NCBI GenBank assembly: GCA_050084985.1
Contig: JBITNC010000001.1
Coordinates: forward strand, 211,606,001 to 211,670,000
DNA from: Nageia nagi
Taxonomy: Eukaryota; Plantae; Pinophyta
Length of the DNA stretch: 64,000 nucleotides
Reading direction: 5' to 3'
The notes beneath the pieces are model-generated. The model did no database searches, was not told where the DNA came from, and saw nothing but the letters and a program-made list of their open reading frames with translations. This document shows, in pieces, positions 39,964 to 53,134 of this stretch. The translations under genes and the position numbers were made by a program. The stretch's first letter is position 1; each line of letters opens with the position of its first letter.

Positions 39964-42685
39964 TGAAGGATTTGAAATATAACTAAAACAATCCTATACT
40001 ACGAAGATCACATGAAAGCTCACAAATAACATCTAAATAACTCACAAAGCAATCTCACAAAGATAGCTCAAGATGTAAGTGGTTCCTCCAACTAGGAGTA
40101 CGTCCACTAACTAGATCTCACTTCTTAACAAATATGAACTCTTACAATCCTCCTAAACTTTTCTCCTAAACACTATCCTATTGCATAGCTTTACTTCACA
40201 AATTGGTGTATGATCTCAAAGAGGGAGCTTCCTATTTATAGGCCAAAATCCCTTTTTGGATCATCTTTTTATCCAATGTACAAAAACATTACATGCATAT
40301 CCTTTTACCCAAGGGGGATGCTCATGACATAGAGTGTAGGACAAGTTACATTATCATATTCACTTAAATACTTAAAGTATCAAATGATACCCTGTATTAG
40401 TGAACTAACATAGAAGATTATTACAAAGCCTTTACAATAATGTATTATACATTCCAACATTCCCCCTTAATGCAATATTGGGATAGAGCGAATAAGAGAG
40501 AAGGAAGAGAGAAAGTAAGAGTTCTCCTCCAAACAAATACAACGGAGATGAGAACTTTTTACATATTTGTGAAGTAAGAAAGATCTAGTTTGGGACTCAT
40601 TACTTTGCCAAATACCATCATTAACCACAATCGGTTTCAATGTAGATGAAGTAGTTATCCAACTGGAAGTCATGAAGAGTCTCCAAGAGTTTGCATACTT
40701 GAAGCAACCTGCAATCTCAAAGGAATGTGCAAGTCATAAGTAGCTCAAATAACAAGATCAATTAGATGCATCATATTCATATCAACTAGGATAGATGAAT
40801 CACACATGCCATTATGAACTGATCAATAGTGCACTATAAGTCATCACGAAAATGCCAAGCCAAAACTCATAGTCACTTGCTGTATATAAAACATGTGTTG
40901 ATTATTATTACAAAATAGAGCATGCACATATGAGCTCCTCACATATGGATAACTGAACAGTGCCAAAAGACACATAAGAGTTCCTCACACATGGATAACT
41001 GAACAGTGCTAGATTGGCCAATCTTTTTGCTCTAAAAATTTGTACAAATTCCTCATACAAAGAGAACTCACCGCGAAGGTGTACAACAAAATCAATACTA
41101 TACAGTACAAAATCCTCCTAGGGGTGAAGTTGTCATCACAAATATGAATTCAACACAAGAATTCAAACTTTACTTCCCCTTGAAGGCAACTTCACCAACC
41201 CGATAGCATCCCTAAGCTTATAGAATTGAGCTTCCGGGAGGGGCTTGGTGAACAAATCAGCGGAGTTCAAGGTGGATGGACAATACTCTAGGTTTATGAT
41301 GCCATCAAGAACCTTCTCCTTCATAAAATGGGTTTGGATTTTCACATGTTTTGTTCTCTGATGGAACACAAGATTCTTAACCAAAGAAATAGCTGACTGA
41401 TTGTGTGAAGAAATTAAAGATGAGCCACCTTGCTCATACTCAATTTCTTTCAAAAGATGCCTTAGCCAAATGGCTTCTTGGGCTGCAACAGACATGGCAC
41501 GGTATTCAGCTTCTGTGGTGGAAAGAGAAACAGTAGGTTGCTTCTTGGAAGCCCAAGAGATAGCACCTGAACCAATGCTAAACATATACACAGAGGTTGA
41601 TTTCCTATCATCTCTATCTCCCCCATAGTCAGAATCTGAGAATCCAGAGAGAACAAATGAGGGCAACTTAGAATACTTGAGAGCAAGATCCTTAGTCTTT
41701 GCAACATACCTCAAGATTTGTTTAACAGAATTGAGGTGCTCAACATATGGTTTTTGCATGAATCGTGCTATCAGATTCACTGCAAAGGCAATATCTGGTC
41801 TAGATATAGTCAAATACAGAAGACTACCAATTAATTGCCTATAAGCTGTAGCATCAGCCAATTGAGAGTTGGGGCTCAGAGAAACAATGATTCCAGGAGA
41901 AATTGGGATTGCAACATATCTACATTCCTCCATTCCAAACTTTTGCAAGATGTATGATATATCCTTAGATTGACTAAGATAAGAACAATCCTTATATTGG
42001 TATACTTGCATTCCAAGATAGTCATGCAAGAGATCAAGATCAATGATTTCAAACGTTGCCTTAAGTTTGAATATGCACTCTTGAATGATTTCTTCATTGT
42101 TCTCGGTTATCAGAAGATCATTCACATAAAGGAGAATCAAGACCACGTCTTTTCCCTGATTGAGCACACATATAGATCGGAGTTAGAAAAACACTTGGAG
42201 AAATAAATGTCTGCAAAAATATCCTAAAATCTTTCTGTACCAGGCTCTAGGTGCTTGCTTAAGTCCATACAATGACTTCTTTAGCTTGCACACAAAAGAT
42301 TCTTTGCCTTCCACAATAAACCCTTTTGGTTGATTCGTGAAGATTTCCACATCTAAGTCACCATTGAGAAATGCACTCCTAACGTCAAGTTGAAAAACTT
42401 TCCATCCTTGAGCTGCAGAAAGAGCAAGGGTAATTCTCACGGTAGGCATCTTTGCCATGGGAGCAAAGGTTTCCTCATAATCTACACCGTATTTCTAAGC
42501 AAAACCTTTGGCTACTAACCTTGCCTTGTATTTTTCAATATCCCCAACAGAATTAAATTTGACCTTGTAGATCCACTTATTGCCAATCACATTCTTCTCA
42601 TTGGGATAAGGAATCAAATCCCAAGTTTCATTTTTCATAAGCGCCTCATATTCCACTTTCATGGCTTCCATCCAGCACTCAGGGA
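39964..42685 (-). mobile_element. 5'-truncated Ty1/Copia: RT-RNaseH, PPT and 3' LTR
   Basis: QLDVRSAFLNG, KLKKSLYGLKQAPRAW, LLYVND, SRPDIAFAV, GFSDSDYGGDRDDRKST, STTEAEY, RTKHV and ADLFTKPL motifs. PPT agggggaa at about 40461-40468; LTR TGTTGGAAT...ttca at 40459-39964. Confidence 0.92.
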
Positions 42686-43445
42686 TAGGTCGTCTTTTTC
42701 CCTAGAGACTACAATTGGAACAGACACTCTGGGTGATGTTGACTTGGTTATTTTCTTCAACAAGTAATGAACATACTCATAGGGTGACCGAGCTCAGGGA
42801 CGTGTTGTCCTTTTCTCCGGAGACTACAGTTGGAACAGACACTTCGGATGGACTCAATGCCCTCGGACCTGGACTTCAATGCAGGTGTCCCGATGGCTAC
42901 TCAAATAGCTAATGAGAGTTCACTCACTATAATGAAATTGGTGATGCAGCCGTGAGTGACAGTGCTGACATAGGCTAGCTCCCTGTGGACGACGCAAGTT
43001 ACTATGTATCTGCCCATTTAGGTTTAGCCTTAAAATCGGTATGTTGTGATGTTCGTCATCCATTGTTAGTCGTCAGATATAGAGTCATCTTCACTTCGCC
43101 ATGTTGTTTTGTTTTAGCTTGTGTCATTTTGTTGTTTTGTTTTAGCTAATGTTGTGCCCTACACAACTCGCCCCAAAATTTTGCAATTTTGTGGACTTTT
43201 GCAACTTGCACTCGTGTGACAACTAGTTGGTACAACCTTTTCCTATTTTTGATTGACTCAAAATCACACCTATCATTCCATCACCTAAGTGTATTCAATT
43301 GCCCAGTCTTGGTTGTGTCATGTTGAAGAGCTAAAACCCTCGAAAAATGGCTTAAGTCTGGGGAATCTAAGTCGAGTTAAGGTGAAATTGGGAAACTTGA
43401 GTCGATTCCGAACCAAGCAAGGCGAATCTTGGCCACTCCTAGGCT

Positions 43446-44545
43446 TGGCGCATGCTCCAGGTTGACAAAATTTTGTCTTTCTTAGACGTGCGCTCGGGCT
43501 AGGATGAAGCCCGATTCAAAATACAAGTCCGGAAGTACGAATTGGGTCACTCTTGAACCTAGTGTATGCCATGAAAAGACAAAATCTTGTCTTCTTGGGG
43601 CATGTGCCAAGCTCAGGAAGATGCCCAGGATGGAATGAAGGCCAGAAAAAGGTAACTTGGAGCATTTTAGGGCTGGCACATGCCCCAAAAAGACAAAATT
43701 TTGTCTTTTGGAAGCAAACGCCCATGCCAAGATGAACTTGAGATTCGGAAGATCGAAGTGCACCCACCCAGGAGGCTGGCGTATGTCTCAAAAAGACAAA
43801 ATTTTGTCTTTTGGGAGCATGCACCAAGCCCAGGAAGGCCTACAATTGAGCTGAAACACGAAAATTGGCTAAGGCATGGAGTCTCAAATCTTGGATTCTG
43901 CTCCAGCATGACCAGAGGGGTTGGCGCATGTCTCAAAAAGACATTCTTGACTTTTGGGAGCATGTGCCAAGCCTGGGAAGACACTAGGACGGAGTGAACT
44001 TGAAAATTTGGCTAAGTCCCAGGAGCAGAAGACCAAAATGGAGCAAATCTAGCCATCTGCAACGCAAAGCATGCCCTAGAAAGACAAAATCTTGACTTTC
44101 TGGATCATGCGCCCTGATTGGAAGAGCCGAAGGGATGGGTGCGCATTTCAAAAAGACAAAATCTTATCTTTTGAAACCATGTGCCAGGCTTGGAGGGGGC
44201 TCTGGGTCGGTTCGTGAGGCAAAATGAGCAAGCTGAACCCCAGAAAGAGCAAGAATAAGGCAAGATTAGGTCTCAGGATGGGATTCAAGGTCAAGTTGAA
44301 CAAGCAAAGGAGTAAGGAAGGCCAACGTGGGGAGTGCATTCATCCCCAAGGCTGGCGCATGCCCCAGAAAGACTTGAACCCCAGAAAGAGCAAGAATAAG
44401 GCAAGATTAGGTCTCAGGATGGGATTCAAGGTCAAGTTGAACAAGCAAAGGAGTAAGGAAGGCCAACGTGGGGAGTGCATTCATCCCCAAGGGTGGCGCA
44501 TGCCCCAGAAAGACTTGTCTTTTTGGGGTGTGCACCAAGCTTGAA
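43446..44545. repeat. Array of ~9 palindromic ~45-bp units with non-identical spacers
   Basis: Consensus ggcgcatg.c.caaaaagacaaaattttgtcttttgg..gcatgcgcc. The 22-bp core aaaagacaaaattttgtctttt is a perfect palindrome at about 43688 and 43791. Confidence 0.85.
44234..44515. repeat. Near-perfect 141-bp tandem duplication
   Basis: tgaaccccagaaagagcaag...gccccagaaagact at 44234 and again at 44375. Confidence 0.95.
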
Positions 44546-47379
44546 GGTGCTCCGAAACCCCCACGTCCAGCCTTGGTCAGATGGGCATGAAATTTAAGGC
44601 AGTCACACATCCCAAGGTCAGACATCTCCTTCACAGCTTGATCCTGATAGAGGACGTGAAATCCTACCAGTCTGGGAATCACTTGAGGCATTTGCTGCAA
44701 GCTCACATGTGGAAGGCTAAGATGCAGATGTTGGCAATCGAGGTTGAGGACAGTGTTGTTCCGAGCATGCCGAAGTTCTCGGAGATGTTGTGCAGATTAG
44801 AGCTCATGGCAAGATTCCTAGCTAATGGCTTTGAGGACTGAGTTGCACGCCTGGGTCCACCATTGGCCTAGATGATATTTTAGATTATTTTAATTTATTT
44901 TTCAAAAAGTTTTATTTTCCAGCAAGACATTTTAAAATATTATTTTATCCCCAAACTTTTGAAGGATGAGTATTTGTTCTACAAGTTTGGAAGAGACTTT
45001 GTAATGCCAAGTGGCGTATTTATGTTGGACCGCACTTTATTTCTTGATTAGGGTTAGGGCAATGCTATTGGTTGCCCCTAAAACTATTTATACCCCATTT
45101 TGATTCATTTGTAGGGGGGATTGACAATTTATCAATTGTAAGAACTTTTGCTTGTGAACCAAAATTTCTTCTGATTCCTAAATGTGGTGTATGTGGATGT
45201 TATTGTGATTTAGATGCTTACTCATGTTGGAATAGTGAATACGAATGAAGGATTGATAGTGCTATCTAGTTTGTTCTGCCATTGCTTGGTGTTGATTTAA
45301 TTTACTTGGTACATCTTGTAAATTTCTTTGAAGTGGACAAGATATTGCTTGAATACTTTGCGAAGTGATTGATTGATGTCATGTTGATGGTACTTCACTA
45401 TTTGCAGTTTAGGCTTGGTCACCTTGGAATGTCTCACTATTGTCGCTCACCGCAAGAACTTCACCTAGGCCTTTCAGCTCTACCTTTGTCCCATCTTGTC
45501 TCCTTGCCATGGCTTCACGCTCTATCTACTAAGGTATATGTGCTGTTGGCTAGTGGATTGGATAGTAGGTGCTTGGAACTTGCAATGAGCCAAGTGAGTT
45601 GACTTCCGAGGGCTTGTCTCAAGCCCGTGAGTTTGTATACCCACCATTGCATTTGACTTCCCACGGTCTTTCCACCATTTTTCTTTGTTTATTTTACTTT
45701 TATTTTACACCTTTTTTTCACGGTTTTCGCACCCCCAATTTCCCTTTTCAGCATTTTTAGAAACAACCTTTTTTAAGCTTGAACACAGAACTCAGAGTCC
45801 TTTGAATCCACACATGATATTTATTTTGGTGGCAACTTTAAACATCTCAGCTGTCCCTTGGGTTATTCTTGCATAAGTTGTGAAGCTAACCTTTGGGGTA
45901 GCCAGTCCCCATAGAGGGAGGGAGTAACGTCCCTTCACCTGAGGTATTGGCGTTTTTCCCATTACTCCAGGGTAGGAAAGAAAAACACTCCAACAAGACC
46001 AATTACCTGTTCCTCTTAACAATCTGTATAGGACCCCAATCAAGTTATAAACACATCCGAGAGCTGTTTTATAGGAGTTACATCCAAATCACTTGGGTTA
46101 CACCTCAACAACACCTCATGCCCAACCCATATCATTACTATTAATTCTTTGTCCAGATTGATGCCGATTGATTTGACCCCTAGGTTACATCAACCTGCAC
46201 CTTTCACTTGGTTTGAGGTTATTTCTTAGTCACTTTTTGTTTTGCTCACACCAGCTATGGATAATTTTGGATGACCAATTAGCTTGGGTCTTAGTGTTTG
46301 CCAACAGTGATCCCTAGAGACGAAATTAGAGGGTCACTTCATCTTTCGATGTCCGATATAGTGTGAGATCCAAGGTCGATACAATTGCATCTTTTGAGAC
46401 TCATAGCTCAATCTCCATCTCTTTCTAGTAACTAGATATTTGGTGTGTGGCGCTCTTCCTTTGAGAGGCCTTCCTTCTCCCGAAGCATCTCCTATCACAC
46501 ACCCCTAACCAATAGGGATTCGTTGCATCACATTCTTCTTTCAGGTTTCCCTAGAGGAAAGGGCCCATAAGAAGCCTCATCTTGATGCCCCAACCCTTTC
46601 TTGATGCATCAAATTGTGCATACATGCCCCCCACATGTCATAAGGGATTCGACATATCACATCCTTCTTCGATACTATTTAATGTGACACAAATTTGATT
46701 ACTTGGAGTGACTTACATGAGACTTGGAGCCAGGGAGGTTCCCTCCTTGCAACATAGGTGAGCATACATTTCAAGGATTTAACCCAATGTTATACTTTTT
46801 TTGGTTATCCTATGCTTTTTTGTTGGGTCACTTTGGGCCTTGCTTGGTACTTTTAGCATTCATTTACTATTCAGTCCCATTGATCGCTTTTGGTCACCTG
46901 TGGATATTAATATATTTTCTTTTTGTCTTTCTTTCATCATGTCCTATTTCTGAATAAGGAGAAGATACTTAGTGAGATTCGAAAGAACATCAATATCGAG
47001 TACACAAGCTGCACATAAAATTAGAATATTCATGTATAGTAGAATATTAGAATATACAAAATTACAAATAAGAAATGATGAATAGGAAGAGGCATATGTT
47101 TGTATTCAATTTGATAATTTTGGATATTTTATATTTGTAACATGATCATAGGGCATGATGGATATCTAGGGTGTTATCATTTTGTACCATCACACCTCAA
47201 GGGTAACATTATCATAGGGCATGATGGGACATCTTGGGTCATCATTAGTAGCATATGATGCATGAAGAGAGATGATAGTGTATGGTGAGAACTCCAAAGG
47301 CAAGGAGGAATAGGGTGAGACTAAAAGTGGCCTACATCTAGAGATGCTACATGCAAAAAAATATGCCAAAAATTATGAC

Positions 47380-48497
47380 GACTCACTCTACCACAATAAC
47401 ACCTTAATTGCCCAACGTCACACACAAGGATGCAATATTGCATCAAACGATATGAGATAGGAATTGGAGATCAAGTGTACCAATGCTTCATCAATGGAGA
47501 AATGATGAGTACAAGCAATACCAGACCCACAAGGGCTCAACATTGGCCTCCAAGGAGCCAACTAGGGAACACCAATGTGCAAATCGAACCATTAATGAAG
47601 ATACGTAGCAGAACAATCACACACTACCAGATCTATGGATGCCTCACTGAAGGGCTTCCTCATAGGCTAGCTCCTGGTGAAGAGAACAAGTGCAATTCCA
47701 GAATGCTATCGGATGGATTCAAAGATGCTGATTGCTATGGACGCCTCAGAAAAGGGCAACCTCACAAAACGAACAATTACCTCAACCGCTAGTCAGAAGG
47801 TGTTCTAAGCCTTTTGGACTCTCCCTAGTCTACATGCCCAAGGGTGTTTGACGTCGCCAAGTCTTTGGTAACTTCGAAGAGAAGAATAGGTTTTAATATC
47901 AAAATCAACATATCTTTGCAATGATGCTCCAATGCCTTATATAACATTCCTTGGATCTGGACCTCACCTAGAAGTCATCACTCATCCTCCAAATCCAACA
48001 TTAGCCTTTTAAAGGCTCCCAAATGCTAGACGTGGGTTAGATGTGCTCCCCAATGTGTCTAGGAATCATGCATGCCCATCGTTAGCCTCATAGAGGCCCC
48101 AAATGTCCAACGTGGGTGTCTAGGAGTCATGCATGTTTAGCGTGGGTGCCTAGGTGATATTATGTGCCAACGTGGGCGTCTAGGAGTCTCCCGAAGAGTG
48201 GCGAAGGTGTATAAGTGAAATAATGCTCCCTAAGTCTAACGTTGGGGTTATAGGTGACCATCCATGCTAATGTGGCATCCTAGGTGTCATACAAGACTTG
48301 CGCCAAGTGTACAAATAATAATAAAACAGCTCATCCTAAGCTTGGGAGGAAAACGTCCCACTTTGGGCTCACAATGTGGGTCCATTGGACCATTACTTTT
48401 CTATCCCAAGTAACTAATAACACAAAAACAAGATATTTACAAAGGGAACACCTAGGATCCCAAATTTACTTAATTTTGTTCAAAAAGGAATGTTACA
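47380..48497 (-). mobile_element. Family-A LTR (left end degraded)
   Basis: Ends ggaatgttaca at 48497; closely resembles 32807-33570 and the reverse complement of 12640-14085. Confidence 0.85.
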
Positions 48498-48756
48498 CAC
48501 CATACCCCAATCAGACGCAATCATGCAGTCACTAAGAAAACTTAATGCCTGATTGCTGTTACAGATAGAGTGCCAATTCTCTCAATATCTAATTAACTAC
48601 TAATTGGCTTAATGAAGGTTTTGACTTGTTCCACTGATATGTGGAAATTAATGACTAACATGTGTATAAAAACAATACACATTTTTCTCTTTCATACTCA
48701 ATAGTGATACTTCATTTATTTGCTTTGTCATGATGCTTTCCTTCTTGCCATTTCAG

Positions 48757-49040
48757 GAGAACGTGTAATGGATTATGTGAACTTGGATCATAGGTCTATG
48801 GGAATGTTTTGGGTTCTTTCGCATACAATGACCCAACCAGCTTGTGATGCAATTATGAATTGGCTGAATTCAAATCGCATTGCTGAAGTCATTCTACAAG
48901 GATCCATTGGTCAGCCTAGTGAGCGACTTGCTGTGATGCATGAGACTCGTCCTTTGCCAATAACATTGCTTTCTGGATTGTCTCTCCATTTATGCTTACG
49001 TCTTGCCAACCAGATCGAAGAGGCAATGTTTTCAGGCCAG
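48757..49040 (+). CDS. MED23: MED23 exon 8 (gene continues beyond window)
   Basis: GERVMDYVNLDHRSMGMFWVLSHTMTQPAC...LLSGLSLHLCLRLANQIEEAMFSGQ; acceptor tttcag at 48756; donor GTGATT at 49041. Confidence 0.92.
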
Positions 49041-50234
49041 GTGATTATGAACTAACATTTGGTATGGTCATGGAGAAAGCCGATAATAGACTCTATTATA
49101 TTGTGAATGTAACAGGTTTTATTTGTTACTTACAAAATCTGTCCATTTCCTTGACTGGTTCCTGTTGTAGATTGCCCTTACAGTTTTTTTTTAATAATTT
49201 CATGAGTCAGTAAGGTGGTTGATATTGCCCATATATCAGTAAGGTGCATGGTTGATGAGTAGATTTACTTCATATTCATAATGTTTGTACACGACTTAAA
49301 ATAGCTATTAAAACATTAAATACTTTTAATCATGTTTCATTTTCATTTTTAATCCTGTCTGGTTTAGTTATACTAATTGGCCTATTATGATCTTATTTCA
49401 TTATGATCCACATAGTGTGGTGTGCCCTTATGTGAAAAAGGTGATGAAAGTCGTATTAATATTATTTGTTTTACATTTACCAGTTTTGTGTTTTTATTAA
49501 TGATTACAAAAATAAATAACAATGCCATAAAACATGTATATTTATTGTGTTTACGAAATGAAAATAGATTAATAGCTAAATGTAGTATAAAGATCTAGCA
49601 ATTAGGATTGTACAAATTTACAAGAATACAAAGAACTTATGTGGATAATGGAGAGTTGGAAGTTTGCTAGCGAAAAGCTTGTGTTTTTTAAGGGGAAACC
49701 CTAGCTATAGCCAATTCCAAAGATGATTATGAAAATGGTAATTTTGAAGATGGTCTTGCTTTAGATGATGCTAGAATCAATATGTGAGCATTCACACTGA
49801 CCTGATTTAACTTTGGGGGTTTGCTAGACCTGGGATGAGACCATCTACATTTTGAGCCTGTGTTGTAAAAGCACTTAGCATTCTAGGCCTGGAGGTTAGA
49901 ACATTGGGTGTTGAAACGCTAGGTATTTTGGCTTTGATGCCTTGCACTTTGTCCTTTCGATAGCTTGAATGTTTTGGATGATATTGTTGTGATGATGATT
50001 ACTTATGATCTTTCCATATTTGAAATGAACACTTATGGGTGCTTTGGATGGTAATTTAATCTATCATGAAAGTGCATTTGAAATAAATATTGAAGTTTAA
50101 GTGTAGTACCTTTTGAGATGCATGCTATTCATTGGTTTTGGAAGCAGCTTACCATCCATGTTTAAGAACTTGTATGATGTGGGGATTGGCCCATTGTTTA
50201 CAAAATCAATATGTGTCTTGCCCTTGTAGACTGG

Positions 50235-50435
50235 TGTGACGTCCCCCTTTGATTATTGTACTTGATTCTAGAATCCAACAGATTCCCCCTTTGTATTATA
50301 TTGAATTATTTAATTGTGCTTTAAGTTGATACTTGGGATAGAAGACTTAATGGGTCATTGGACCCACTGTGAGCCCCAAGTGGGATGAGCACTTAATGGT
50401 CCCAATGTTGAGATTGGGAGCACTTGTACACATGC
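50235..50435 (+). mobile_element. Family-A LTR 5' fragment with internal deletion
   Basis: Starts TGTGACGTCCCCC; matches 30926 onward but skips about 95 bp. Confidence 0.8.
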
Positions 50436-51522
50436 ATCAAAAACCAATCTCAAGGTAATGCACCTCATTGCCTTTGCAAAAATAGGGTCCTCAAAATTGT
50501 GTATTTTGGGGTGTGTTGTATGGGCACGACAGGGATGTGCTTGAAGCTGCACCAATACTAGTGTCCACTGTATGATACAAGCAATAATCAATAATTTGTA
50601 TATCCAACAATGATGCTCCAAGGCCTAATATAGCTGACATTGGATCTAGATCTCAAGTCATCACCCATCCCCTCAAACTCCAATGATGGCAGCTAGGGGT
50701 CATTCCAGGCCCAATGTGGGTATCTGGGCCTCACTTATGCTCCATGTGGGTCCTCAAGCTCAACGTGGGCTTAAGAGGGCATGCGTGGGTCAAGGAGGCA
50801 TGTGTGGGCACCTAGAGGACATGCATGGGTGTCATGGGCCCTTAGGTGACTATCCATGTTCTAAGTGCTAAATAAGCCTTGGGATTCCTCCCACAATCAT
50901 ATTTCGAGATCTCCAAGTACCTTAAATCGTACTAAACTACACTTGGGAGGGAGACGTCCCACTTGGGGTTCATAGTCAGGTCCAACGGACCTTTATATAT
51001 TCTATCCCAAGTTCTAACTAATAAAGCATAATTAAATATGTACAAAGAGGGAATTTGATTCCAAAATTAAATACAATACTTAAAGGGGGACGTCACAACG
51101 TCTCCCCTCTCAAATTGCTTGCCCTTAAGCAATGGTAGAATGCTGTAGCATATTGTCTTCCAAAAATCTTTTTGCCTCTTTGATTGCAATCTGCTGGAGT
51201 GGAATGCAACTTCAATAAGTCTCCTCTATGGTGAAGGTCCTGTATGAAACGTTGAAGCTACCTCCTCATATATCAACATTGCATGCAAAAAGTTTGATAT
51301 GCTGTTGCTGTCAACCCTTATCAAGTTGCAAAATACTTGCAAGCATTTTGGTTCCATCATCCTCAGAAAACATGGGAGTGTATATAGGGATGTTGATGCA
51401 TCCATCCATGCTAGGCATCTAGTTGTAGTAGTGTGCATATGGAGGCCTCCTAGAAGATGTACTCGCAAAAACATCTAGTAAATCAAGCATGAGTAAAAAC
51501 AGGTGGAGCCTTCGGTCTATGG

Positions 51523-52040
51523 CTATGGCCAAGCTTTCCCCAAGCTCAACATTGGACCCCAAACTCTCCCAGCTGCCAACGTGGAGTCCCAATCCTCCCT
51601 GCTCTCTGACGTGGGATACCAAACTCTCTTCAAGCCCAATACTAGGTTTCCAAGCCTACCCAGGTCCAACGTGGGATGCCAACACTCCATTATGCCAATC
51701 GTTGGGTGCCCAAGCGTCACCAATCCCAATGTGAGGTGTCCAAACTCTTTCATGCTCATCATCAGGTACTAGAGCCCCTCGAGCTCCCACGTGAGGTGCA
51801 AAAACTTTCCCAAGTCCAACTTGGGGTGCAAGGGTCCCTCCAAACCCAACGTCAAGTAGCAAACCTCCCCAGTGTCCCACGTGAGGGGTGGAAGCTCCTC
51901 CATTTCCAACGTGGTGTGTCGAAGGCCGTCCAAGCTCCACGTCAAGTGCCAGAGCTCCTTTATGTCCAACATGGGGTATGGGAGCTTCCCATCACTCCTT
52001 GCCTCGTGCCAAGGCTCGTCCATGTTCAACATGGGCTCAT
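51523..52040 (-). repeat. 17 x 30-bp in-frame tandem array (10-aa repeat)
   Basis: c(a/c)acgt-type core at 51547, 51577, ... 52027 with an exact 30-bp period and no indels. Translates as (P/L)T(L/W)xLxxLxH. Confidence 0.9.
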
Positions 52041-53134
52041 CTTCTTCCTCTTCCTTTTTCTGACACCACTCAATCACCTCTAATCTTTTGTTGGTGACTT
52101 GTGGGCAATCATCCTGAATTCCCTGCAATGTGTGGGTCTTACCATCAATATCGAAGTTCATGGTGAGCTTTTGGTAGTTGGTGCGAATGTCACCCAACTC
52201 AAATAGCCACTTCACACCCAGAATGATATGAGGATGTCCCTTCAGAGGATAGACATTGAAGTCTTCCCTCACGTGTAGCTTTGTAGTCTAACACCAAACC
52301 TCTCAACGATTTGGTCCACCAAGGTGAGTTTTCCATTGGCATTGGAAACTGTAAACCCCTCGAACCCCTTGGTCTTTAGGCCCTTCTTCTTTGCAAAACT
52401 CTCATCAATGAAATTATGTGATGCTCTAAGGTCAATCAAGACCATCACATCCTGATGACCACCTGCTTGCCCCATTACCTTTAGTGTGAGGTACTTCTTC
52501 ACCCCATGGAGTGAAGCAATCATGCTCCACAATGAGCCTTTTGCCTTAAGTGCCTCTTAGTTAAGCATGCCCATACCAAGGTCTAAGTCTGAATCATCCG
52601 TCTCCTCATTCGAAAACACCTCAATGTAATGCACCTGCCCTTTGCCTTGGAAACGGTATCCTGACTTCCACTTCTTCTTGTAGTAGAAGCACTTACCCTC
52701 TTCTCTCAACTTTCTCCAGGTAGCTGTGTCCAATTGTCTTGTTTGAGGCGGGGGAAAGGGTTTGGACTTGCTAGGCCCCTCTTTCTTTGCAAACTTCTTC
52801 TGAGTGGCCTACCCCTTGTACATCTGCCCTCGTTATATGGACTTCATGGTAGGCTCCAAATCGTAAGCAACCCTAATAGCATCATCAAGGTTTCTTGGTG
52901 TAGATACCTTGACCATCCCCTGCAATGTCTCCATCAATTCTCTATGAAAAGAAATGTCAACCTCTCCTCCGAAATGTTGTGAATCATAACTGCAACCTTC
53001 TGAAATTCGGACACATACTCATCTACTGCACCTTGCTGTTTCAGAGAGTTTGAAGTAGTCATTCTCCCTTTTTCGATCAAACCTCTTTACCAACCTCTTG
53101 GCAAACTCATCGAAAGAGGTGATGTGGGAGTAAT

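Larger units (their letters stand above)
43150..45812 (+). mobile_element. Family-B long LTR (~2.7 kb; right end approximate)
   Basis: Start TGTTGTGCCC is shared (reversed) at 20198 and 50531. Contains the palindrome array and a 141-bp duplication; the 3' part is repeated at 38648. Confidence 0.6.

Noticed and set aside
43446-44545. CRISPR array
   Set aside because: The repeats are degenerate, spacer lengths are irregular, there are no cas genes, and the context is a plant LTR. Reported as a palindromic array instead.
37773-48497. One intact element bounded by the LTRs at 37773 and 48497
   Set aside because: The two LTRs belong to different subfamilies and their flanks (CAAAG versus CACCA) give no TSD.
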